Below are positions 53,890 through 63,236 of a DNA stretch of 64,000 nucleotides, piece after piece (the stretch's first letter is position 1; every line of letters starts with the position of its first letter). The notes beneath the pieces are model-generated. The model was not told the origin of the DNA. It did no database searches and saw only the letters and a list, made by a program, of their open reading frames with translations. Source of the DNA: Camelus dromedarius (lineage: Eukaryota); contig NC_087437.1 of NCBI RefSeq assembly GCF_036321535.1, positions 75,084,001-75,148,000 on the forward strand, given 5' to 3'. A program made the translations under genes and the position numbers.

Positions 53890-54575
53890 CACACACGGTG
53901 GGAAAGGAGGTCCTGTGACCCAGAATGAACAATGAAGTGTAGGGAGAAATCCGCCTGATCCTCTAGGAGAAAATCTTGCTTCTAAAATAAAAAAGCAAAG
54001 CCTCCAAAGAGAATGGCCTTACCCTAATCCTTCCTTCCTTCTCAGGGTCTCAGGTGAGGATGTGTTGCCCACCACCTTATGACCACGAGGAGACAAGATA
54101 AAAGATGACAAGTCAAAAAACTGAGGGTAGTACAGAAAAAGGGGAAGAGATCAGACTGCTAATATTCTCTGTCAAGCTTCCAAAAGAACCCTGGAATCAA
54201 GCACCACACTTCTGGTTAAGTAAATAGTAAGCTTCCTTGTCTGTAAACCAGCGTTAATCAGGTTTTCTGTTATTTTCCTATGGGTGGGGTTAGCCAAGGA
54301 CAAGTATAAAATGCTGTTTAAACAGGTGATAAGGAGCGCCCTCATTCAGCGGACCATAGAGCCACCTCCTCCCAACGAAGGATCAGATAAGAGACCCACA
54401 GTGTGGGGCAACCAACAGAAGGCCCAGGTGTTGGCCGTATCAGGTTGCCAAGAAGAAAGGTGAGGGAAGAACAGAAAGGCAGGAGGTCTCCCCCTGGCAG
54501 AGAACCAGAATAAAGGCAGTTATTGCTTGTCTCGGACACACTGAAGTTTACCATGCTTGTGTGCCATATGCCAAG
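53890..54575 (+). mobile_element. Old LTR-like sequence(s) directly upstream of the RETNLB promoter
   Basis: 53890-54275 resembles ERVL LTR16/33 3' text (aaaccagcgttaatcaggttttctgtta). 54280-54575 has TATAAAA (54305) then AATAAA (54509), in U3-R order. Confidence 0.4.
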
Positions 54576-54581
54576 AGGCAG

Positions 54582-54671
54582 TTCTTTAGAAATTTACTGG
54601 GGAGTGTGTTTGTATGTGGGTGGATGCTTGTGTGTTAAGGGGTGCCCATGTCAATATCACGGAGTATAAAA
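54582..54671 (+). promoter_or_regulatory. RETNLB proximal promoter: STAT6-type site, CDX-like motif, KLF/CACCC box, TATA box
   Basis: TTCTTTAGAA (TTC-N4-GAA) at 54582-54591; TTTACTGG at 54593-54600; GTGGGTGG at ~54615-54623; TATAAAA at 54665-54671. Confidence 0.7.
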
Positions 54672-54694
54672 CACCCTTACCTGACCAGTCTCTG

Positions 54695-54720
54695 CAGACC
54701 TTTCCTGACCTTTTTGGTGA
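54695..54720 (+). other. RETNLB: Probable short non-coding first exon of RETNLB (start approximate)
   Basis: Begins ~30 nt after TATAAAA (54665-54671) and is followed by overlapping donors GTGAGT (54717) and GTAAGT (54721). A canonical acceptor sits 1 nt before the ATG. Rodent Retnl genes have a non-coding first exon. Confidence 0.7.
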
Positions 54721-54917
54721 GTAAGTGCTCTGCACCCATGCTCCCTGATTCTCCAAACTGCTTAGAGAGCTCCAGGCTCCTCTGTACTGACACTGATGTT
54801 CCTCCATCTGTCCTCTCTTGAGACTTCACATTCTCTTCTTTCCCAACCATGCTGGAGCTCTGAGATCTGTTTCTTTCCATCTTTTCTCCCAGTCCCAGGG
54901 CACGGCATTTCTACAGG

Positions 54918-55044
54918 ATGAAGAGGACCTCCTGCTTCCTTCTCATCCTCATCCCCCTTCTCCAGCTGATAATCCTAGGAGTTGCTCATGATTCCTTAGA
55001 CTCCATTGTAGATAAAAAGATAAAGGATGCTCTTATTGGTCTAG
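54918..55044 (+). CDS. RETNLB: RETNLB coding exon 1 (signal peptide and N-terminal helix)
   Basis: tttctacag|G-ATG at 54918; translates [42 protein letters not shown]+G; donor gtactg at 55045. Confidence 0.96.
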
Positions 55045-56279
55045 GTACTGTGTGGGATTGAGCGGCGTGGGGGAGGGGATGGGAGGATAGCCCCTGATCA
55101 TGCCTTCTGTTCCTAAGCCCTAACTTCTTCTCTAGCTCCACTCCTGTATCACTTTTGGACTCTTGGCTAAAAATCCAGGTTTGTCTGATGATAATGAGGT
55201 TGATAATGTTGATGATGAGAAAGCAGGAAGTGGAGGAGGATACCTATATTATGAACACTCATTATGAATGAACTTGAATACAAAGCTTTAGGTTACTTCA
55301 CTTAATTTTCACTTTAGAAATTAAGTACAACTATTACTTTCATCTTACAAATGAAGAAACTTAACCTTAAAAGCTAGTGAATAATTCACCTCTGAATTAG
55401 AAGAGGATTTGGAAGGGGATGATGGGAGACAGAGATAATGGGCAATGTCCCTTCTTTCTACTCAGAGCTCAATCCCTCTGCCCACCAAAAGACGATCTCA
55501 TGTATCAGTGTCAAGAACTCAGGCAAATTGTCTTCCTGCCCTGCAGGTGAGTAACTCCATGAGGAGAAGTGGTGGGTATGATGCCCCGTGCCCTCCTCTG
55601 TCTATCCCTCAACACCTCCACCTTCCCCCACCTGACATTTGTATTATCCTGAGGCTGAGTCAGAACTCTTTGTTCCCAGAGATCCCTTCCTATTCTCATT
55701 TTGCTTAAGGATTCTACTGAGGAATCTTGGGTTTCTGTCTCTTCCCTTCCTACCCTCCTTTCATGGCTGCATACCCAGCCTTTCCTCCCTTCAATAGTCC
55801 TGTTCTGGTCCTGCCACTACCACTCCCCCTGTCTTTCATCTTCCTTTCCCTGTTCTGTTTTGGTGGTTAAAGGCCAGCACAAAAGTAAATTTCTCATGAC
55901 CCTAAGAAATCAGAAACGCCCAGGCCTCTCACTTCTGCGGGTTTCTTCCATGACCCCGTACTTAAATTTTTTTACAGTAGTCTGTTTTTTTTTTTTTCCC
56001 TTAAAGAGGACCTTTAAAACTGAATTAGTTTTCGACCCCACAAAACCTAGCTCTACCTCTGGGATGCATAAGGATAAAAGATGATTCTGGGAGGATTTCC
56101 CTCCTCTCAAAAGCAAAGGTTCTGATGTCTATGTTCTGTGTGCCCATGTAGGGACTGTTGTCACTGGCTGTGCCTGTGGCTATGGCTGTGGTTCCTGGGA
56201 TGTCCGGAAGGAAACCACGTGCCACTGCCAGTGTAACCCAGGAGACTGGACCACCGCTCGCTGCTGCCGCCTGACCTGA
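54918..56279 (+). CDS. RETNLB: Resistin-like beta (RELM-beta/FIZZ2), complete spliced CDS join(54918..55044,55466..55546,56152..56279), 111 aa: [111 protein letters not shown]
   Basis: Manual splicing gives 127+81+128=336 nt, open frame, GT-AG phase-1 introns. Signal peptide followed by the exact resistin-family signature C-X11-C-X8-C-X-C-X3-C-X10-C-X-C-X-C-X9-CC. Collinear with recalled human RETNLB ([45 protein letters not shown]). Head-to-head with TRAT1 as in human. Confidence 0.97.
55466..55546 (+). CDS. RETNLB: RETNLB coding exon 2
   Basis: Acceptor cttctttctactcag|; 81 nt encoding (E)[26 protein letters not shown](G); donor gtgagt at 55547. Confidence 0.96.
56152..56279 (+). CDS. RETNLB: RETNLB last coding exon (Cys-rich head)
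   Basis: Acceptor tgcccatgtag|; (G)[44 protein letters not shown]. Confidence 0.97.
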
Positions 56280-56395
56280 GAAGGGGGAGAATGAAAACCT
56301 AATTGTTTGACTGTAACTGTAATGAAACCATGACGCCAAACAGGAAAACTGACACAAACTGTCCCTTTCATTGGTTGCAACTCTCCTCCTTGGGT

Positions 56396-56401
56396 AATAA
56401 A
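56396..56401 (+). terminator. RETNLB polyadenylation signal AATAAA
   Basis: AATAAA ~117 nt after the stop codon, followed by T/GT-rich downstream sequence. Confidence 0.85.
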
Positions 56402-57429
56402 AACAACTTTTTGCATCTTTCTGCGTTTATGTTTTTGACGTTATAACCCACGGCTTGGTACCCCTCTAGGCCGAAAATATTTCCACATTCCAATTACTCC
56501 ATCTCAGCGAGGATTAGGAAAAATATGGGAGAATGGGAATACCTGAGATTGACACTCCAGCCCCCACTTCCCTCGTTGTTTAACAACAGGATGACAACTC
56601 TGTGCCAGACGTTTGGCTTCGACTAGAGGTACAGAGAAATGAAATACCACACATACCCTTATGAGCTCACCAACGGGAGCAGTGGGCAGACAGACTTTTC
56701 AAGGTGTAGGCAGGCAAGCCCAGCTTTAAAAGAATCAATTTCTAGATTTCAGGTTAGTGTATGTACTCTGTCCTAGACTTATGTGCCAGAGATCTGCTTT
56801 GATCAGGGTGGCAATTTGCCATCGTCTTCTGCTCCATAACAAAATAGAAACCAGCCCTTCCCTGTCATTGAAACTTAACTTGGCTCATTGCCGCGGGTAT
56901 AAAAATCTGCAAAATGTCAAAGGAAGGATTCAAAATATTGGCACCGATGTTGAGGGATCCAACTACTGAGTAACAAGTCCTTTTTACAAGTTGGGAGGCT
57001 TCTGGTTTATGACACAATGTTGAAGGAGGGCATAATCCAGTTATCAATTGACAGGCCATCAACAATAATTTTAATAATAAATTGCAGTGTAATCTTTAAC
57101 AAATAGCTTAAAAGGAATTTTAAAGATTGAAGAACATTACTATAAAAATGTTCCTCTCCTATCTCTTTAATTATGAGAAGTAGATGTCACAAAGCTTATA
57201 ACTATGAAAAGAAAAATAGGAATATAATTGGCTCTAAATTTATCTCTCTCTGGGATTATTCATTTATGGGTATATAAACTGCTTGAAAGAAAAAAGCAGC
57301 TCCATCTCTCTCATTTAAGAAATACATTTCCAACAGGTACCATTTTGTTTATTGATTACTTATCAAAATTTGTTACAAATGCTTTATTCAGTTGGGTACA
57401 AGTAATCATCGTAATCACTCAGTACTTCT

Positions 57430-57950
57430 GTTTATGGTAACTAGAGTGAGTCTCTTAAAATATAAAGCAAATCATTTCACTTTCCTGTCCAAAGTACACA
57501 GTCTAATGACTTCTTATTACACATACAGTAGAATCCCAAGTATTCATCATGTCCCAGAAAACCGTGCATCCAGCCCCTGGCTATCTCTCCCACCTCATTT
57601 CTGATCCTTGCTCACTTTGCCCTGGCCACACCTGCATTCTCAACGTTCTTATAAGTTATAGCCACCCTCCCACCTCAGGGCCTTCCTACTCTGTGTCCCC
57701 CAGATAGTTACATGGTTCCCCAGACACAATGCCAATCCTCAATCCTTTTCAGAGACATCTTCGTATCAGGCTCTATCTTTTGTCCTGTTTTGGTTTTTTT
57801 TCCATGATGCTTCACAGTTCTGACATCATAGTGTATATTCATCTGTTAATGTATTAACTATCTTCCCCCTTGGAACATGTGGCCCAGGAATGATGAGACC
57901 TTATTTAATGTGCATATCATTGCGTCCCCAGTGCTTAGAATAGTGCCTTG
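57430..57950 (+). mobile_element. L2 3' fragment
   Basis: ctagagtgagtctcttaaaatataaagcaaatcatttcact...cccacctcagggcctt...ccccagtgcttagaatagtgcct. Confidence 0.75.
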
Positions 57951-58113
57951 TCCATAAATTCAGCTACTACCAAGTCCAGTTCTGAGTCGGCTCCCTCTCT
58001 TGGTTTCTGTCCCTCTTTCTTTACCTCAGTCTTGGTAACCAAGGGACAGATGTTTTACCTGGTCCCTGGGCCCCATTCTCAAGTTGCCTGTAGGAGAAAT
58101 AGCTGTACATCAG

Positions 58114-58153
58114 AGGACACCTCTTTGAAATTAAGGACACCTCTTTGAAATTA
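58114..58153 (+). repeat. Perfect 20-bp tandem duplication (aggacacctctttgaaatta)x2
   Basis: Directly visible. Confidence 0.95.
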
Positions 58154-58872
58154 AAGAGCCAAACAGTGAAGATGGAGGCCAAAGAGATTAGAACAGCAGA
58201 AGCAACAGCAGAAGCAGAAGCTGGATTTTGTAGCTCCAGCTGACGTAGTCCATTGCCCACTTAAGTGGCCAATTTCCCTTTCTCAGCATTAACAGCAACT
58301 TCATTTCAAAATAATTTCAAGTCCCAAAAGACAAGTTATTCTTTAAGCCAATAATGGTGCTCCTGCTCCTCTTAGCTCCAAATTCTCTTTCTTAGACACC
58401 TTTACAGGTCTTTGTCTGCCTGACTGACTTCACTTAGCATGATAATCTCTAGGTCCTTCCATGCTGCTGCTAAATATTCTTTAATACACATTCATTTAGC
58501 AACTATGAAGTACTAGACATTTTGGCAAGATCTAGGTGTACAACAATGATGAAGATACTGCTTCTGCTCTTGGTATTCATCGAATTGTCAAGAAGGCATC
58601 AATCTAATTTCAAAATAAGGCAGTAAGTGCTGGGTGGAAGGGGTGCCCCAGGTACACTGATGGCACAGTTAGTAACACCTAACTCAACATCGATTTAACC
58701 ACCTGAAGGATGTTGTGAGGATGAGAAACAATTTAAGTAAACTGACTGGTATAAAGCCTCTTGCATAGTGGGCTCCCAGTTAGCATGAGCTCTTATTTTC
58801 TCACCAATTGGGTGAACTTGTGGGCACACAGGCCCAGGTCTCAAATGATGGTTGAAGATGAATTTATCCTTC

Positions 58873-59199
58873 CACTTTCAGTGCCTCTATTAATCTTTTT
58901 AAATTTTTTCAAAATATTTGAAGATTTCCCATTTATTGATGAAAACTTAAATAGTTCCTGTGACTCTTGTCTCAAAAGAAATGAAAGCTTTTGCCTCTTC
59001 TTGGACATTTTGGGGGTCTTTGCAGTGAGATTATAGGCGAGCCAATGAGAAGATGCCACCATTTGCCTTAGTGACCTAGAACGAACCATTTTTCTTTGTG
59101 TTTTTTCTTATGTTTCTCTGCTCAGAATCACTACCCCAAACTGCTCTATAGCCAATGTGGGGATTAAACAGCAAACACCTAAGTGTTAAGAAGAAGCAT
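58873..59199 (+). repeat. Local direct duplication B, copy 1 (~325 bp)
   Basis: Aligns by eye with 61272-61552 plus 62123-62172: cactttcagtgcctctatta, tttttcaaaatatttg, ccatttattgatgaaaacttaaat, cttagtgaccta, agcaaacacctaa. Confidence 0.9.
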
Positions 59200-59214
59200 A
59201 AACATGAGAGTTGC

Positions 59215-59330
59215 ATAATCTCTCTATGCCTGTCTATAAAATGGGCATAATAATAATACACACCACATTGGGATGTTGAAAGTGTTAAATAGACAGTATG
59301 TGTAAAACATTACATAAATATGAGCTTTAA
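59215..59330 (+). mobile_element. MIR fragment
   Basis: tctataaaatgggcataataataata...gggatgttgaaagtgttaaat...gtgtaaaaca: MIR core. Confidence 0.7.
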
Positions 59331-61271
59331 TTGTTTATGTAATTAAATATATTTAAAATATGATTTTCCAAAATACCAATTCAAAGCCTGCTATAACTTA
59401 AGTACTCTGGAGTATTATTTATCTTGCCAAAAGTACCACTTCTCCTCTGCCATTAAAATTAATCTTTCCTTTCTTGTCTGCACCAAATCATTGCTTTTTC
59501 TACAACAAACAGTAGTGAATCCAGCATAATAAGGCCTTCATCAAAAGCAAGGAGATCGAGTGAGCAGATGGGGAGCTGTGCCAGGGATCTGCCCATTTAT
59601 CATTCTGGAAAAGATAAAGAAGACATTTCTGAAGCATTAAATTACGAGCCTAAAATTCTAAATTACATCACTTATAAATCTAAGCTCCCCCTAAGTGAGA
59701 CTTATACCTGAGCTCGAGAGCAGAAGAATAATGGTATTATTTATCAGCTAGGGCCAGGTGATGGCGAAGATCCCAGAACTAACAGTGATAATTGGGACTG
59801 CTGAAGAAGCACCGACCACTCTAAATCAGTTCCGGGTGTTTGGTCTGGCGACAATCTCTGTCTTCTAATCCAGACAGGAAGTGAGAGTGCTGTGGATAGG
59901 ACACTGTCTGGTCACAGTTTGTTTTGCTGGCTTTGGGTGGCTTTAAGGGGGGTGATTTCTTTTCCTCCCCTCAGGAAAGCAATTGTGATTAGCAGGATTT
60001 TTTAACTTCTCACTGGTGGTTTTTAGCTTTCTCTTTCCTCCTTCAAGAATGTAACATCCCATGGTGATTTAAATGTAGGTTCTTACCACCATGTTAGATG
60101 AAATGGGAATTGCTTGTTAGTGTTGGTTATGGTAAAAAAAATTTTTTTTCATTTTAGATTAAGCTTTCTAATTGGTGACTGGAAAGGAATGAGGAATTTT
60201 TTTTTAATCAATTGTTCTCTAAGGAGAAATTACTATAGACTTTAATCATGGCAAAAGTAAAAAATTTAAAAATCACCAAATGAAGCTCAGACCAAACTGA
60301 ACGCACTCCAAATCACTCAGTGACTATTAAAGAAATGCTTTAGAGGAAGGAAGGAGAAAAACCCACTTCCTTTAAAATTTAAGATAAGCTATAGCATATA
60401 ACAAATAATCTCCTAGTGTTCTTATTAAACACGTTTTAGACACAGCCTCCCCCAAGCAACGTTCTAGACTGGCAGCCCCATGTTAGGCACGATAGATGGA
60501 AGAATCAGCAGAGGACGGAGTGATTCCTTTTCTGGAGGTCTAAAAATCTACTTGGAGAGCTACAATCAACCCAACGGCAGTAACTGCAGTGAAAAATCAA
60601 GAGCAAGTTCAGAAATAAAAAGCCATCATTTGAGTTTAGATCTGAGGCAACATAGTGCTAATGACAGAGCGACGGGAAAGAAGACCTGAGTTCTAGTCCC
60701 TGCTCTGCTATGAATTCCTTTTTGGCTTTGAGCAAGTTACTTTAACTCTCTTGGTTCCTGGTCCCATAGCGGAGGGGTAAAGGGTGGGGACAAAGCACCA
60801 GCACACCTGGGAAAGCAAATGCAGTCATCCTGCTGGGGGCCAGGCCATACTCCCTTCTCTTCTGATAGACTGCAAGCCCTCCATACGTGACTTTATCTGT
60901 CTTACAGTCCGAAAGAAAGTGGGACTTGCTGGATGTGATGAACAAAGTAAAATCTCTCATCTAGGAGTTCACTGTCTTCTGGAGAAGAAAAACTTAACAG
61001 TGAAGCACATAGAAGGTACATAATAGATGTTGAATTGAACGTAATGTTGTGATTCATGCTAGTTCATTCTCTGTGATTTCTACTGTCATTAACGTACAAA
61101 CAAGGATGCTGCAGGAGTGACTACAAAATGGAAAAGTACCTGTCTTGACAATAGGCTTTTGGCCTCGCTAGTAATTAAAAGCAAATTAAAATAACAGTTT
61201 CATTTATCAGATTGGCAAAGATGGAAAGAGTAGGGTTCTCTAGTGCAGATGTGAATCTGTGAGGAAACAGA

Positions 61272-62172
61272 CACTTTCAGTGCCTCTATTACTCTTTTTA
61301 AACATTTTTCAAAATATTTGTAGAAGATTTTCCATTTATTGATGAAAACTTAAATGGCCTTAAATGTGACTCTTGTTTCAGAGAAAATGAGAGCTTCTGT
61401 CTCTTCATGAATTTTTTTTTTTTTTTTTGCAGTGGGGTTACAGACAAACAAGAGAGGAAACCACTATTTGTCTTAGTGACCTAAACTTAATCATTTTCCT
61501 TTGTGTTTTACTAATGCTTCTCTGCACAGAATCACCATCAAAAAGTCCTCTAACCATTATCTGACATAAATCTTAGTAATGTTCTCCTAGGGCAGTCTAC
61601 CTAGGCAATAGAAAGAAAAGCAAAAATAAACAAATGAGGCTTAATTAAACTTCTAAGCTTTTGCACAGCAAAGGAAACCACAAGCAAAACAAAAAGACAA
61701 CCTACGGAATGGGAGAAAATATTTGCAAAAGATGAGACTGACAAGGGCTTAATTTCCAAAATATATAAACAGCTCACCCAACTTAATAAAAAAAAATACA
61801 AATGAACTTATTTACAAAACAGAAACAGACTCACAGACATAGAAAGCAAACTTATGGTTACCAGTGGAGGAAGGGGGTGGGAAGGGATAAATTGGGAGTT
61901 TGAGATTTGCAGATACTAACTACTATATATAAAATAGATAAACAATAAGTTTATACTGTATAGTACAGGGAACTATATTCAATATCTTGTAGTAACCTAT
62001 AATGAAAAAGAATATGAAAACAAATATATGTATGTATATGTATGACTGAACTATTATGCTGTGCACCAGAAATTGACACAACATTGTAAACTGACTATAC
62101 TTCAAAAAAAAAAAGTCCTCTATAACCAATGTGAGGAGTAAAAAGCAAACACCTAAATGTTAGAAAAAATCA
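61272..62172 (+). repeat. Local direct duplication B, copy 2, interrupted by L1 at 61553-62109
   Basis: Alignment to 58873-59199 stops at the TSD and resumes after it. Confidence 0.88.
61553..62109 (+). mobile_element. Young camelid-type L1, 5'-truncated and internally deleted
   Basis: ORF2 text (agcttttgcacagcaaaggaaacc...gaatgggagaaaatatttgc) joined to a 3' UTR closely similar to that of the 19564-20116 copy; poly(A); TSD aaaaagtcctcta at 61540-61552 and 62110-62122. Confidence 0.92.
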
Positions 62173-62769
62173 TGGTATTTGAAATTTATTTCCCTTTGTC
62201 TTAGAATTTTTATTAAGGCTAAGAAACCACAAGTTTCTGTGTGATATGGGAATCACATTCTAGAGATGTGTCAACTTCTGATAAAAACAATTGATTCCAG
62301 TGATATTTAAGGCCCGTAGATCACAGGACACCATCCTCCTGCCTTGAGCTGACCTATTCAATAATCCAAAGGCATATGAAACAGGAATATTATCTTCATA
62401 GTCATTAAGAAGGATTGATTCTGTCCCTTGATTATTTAAGTTTTCAATGAATTGGGTTCCCCCCTACCTCGCTGACTCTTTCCCTCTTTGATTCTGTTAC
62501 CTCCCAGCCTTCCCGCAGCTCCTTCTAGCCCCCTGCCAACCCGTGCTGCGCTTGAGTCTGCTTCTTCCTCTGAGATGCACATGCACAGGCGTCAGATCAG
62601 CACCTGTCTGGGTTGGCCATCAGCCATTCTTCACATGGGAAGCAGCCCCAGTCCCTCTCTATAGAGTCTAAAAATAATCTATCATTGATATTTTCTTTCT
62701 ACCTAAGTAAAACGTGTTAATCATTTAAAAAATTAACTACAAGCAAGCAAAAAGGTGACAATGAAAATC

Positions 62770-63236
62770 ATAAATTGACATGAGACAGATTAACAGGAAA
62801 ATATCAAATAAAATTACAAACATAAGGAGCCCCACAAGAAAAATGAGAACCTGGGACAAGTTAGCAGTTGAGGCTTGTATGACACTGAGAGAAGAAGGGA
62901 ATGGGATATTGGGACTTCAAAGGGAAGGAAGACAATTCACATGGAGGTGGAAAAACAAATGTTTGCTGGGCCCTGCAGAGACAATGGGACACAGAGAGGA
63001 CCTTGGTCTCCAGGCCCTGCTGCGTTTCCCTTACCACTCCTAGCTTGTATTCTGGGTGGAGATCTCTGGTGACAGTGCTCTTCCTGGACCAGTTTCTTCA
63101 TCTAAATTCTTTTAGGCAGTCAAGGGGGAGGTAAAAAGAAAGTCTTCCAGAGTCTTTTGTTCTTAGAACATAATCAGCCCCAATAATCTTCATGCCAAAG
63201 TGACATATTTGGGGTGGCAAATTTTGCTCCCCTACA
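62770..63236 (-). mobile_element. MER34-like ERV1 LTR, antisense
   Basis: Reverse complement begins tgtaggggagcaaaatttgccaccccaaatatgtcactttggcatgaagattatt, like the MER34-family 5' end. Confidence 0.7.

Noticed and set aside
12800..54280. Additional RELM paralogues (Retnla/Retnlg-like) or pseudogenes in the intergenic region
   Set aside because: I saw no second copy of the [11 protein letters not shown] or CHCQC exon by eye. A TBLASTN of the window with RELM proteins would be needed to exclude highly degraded remnants.
55445..56416. Track ORFs overlapping RETNLB (55445-55708, 55701-56084, 56025-56357, 56180-56416)
   Set aside because: These are off-frame, intronic or antisense readings; the real product needs splicing.
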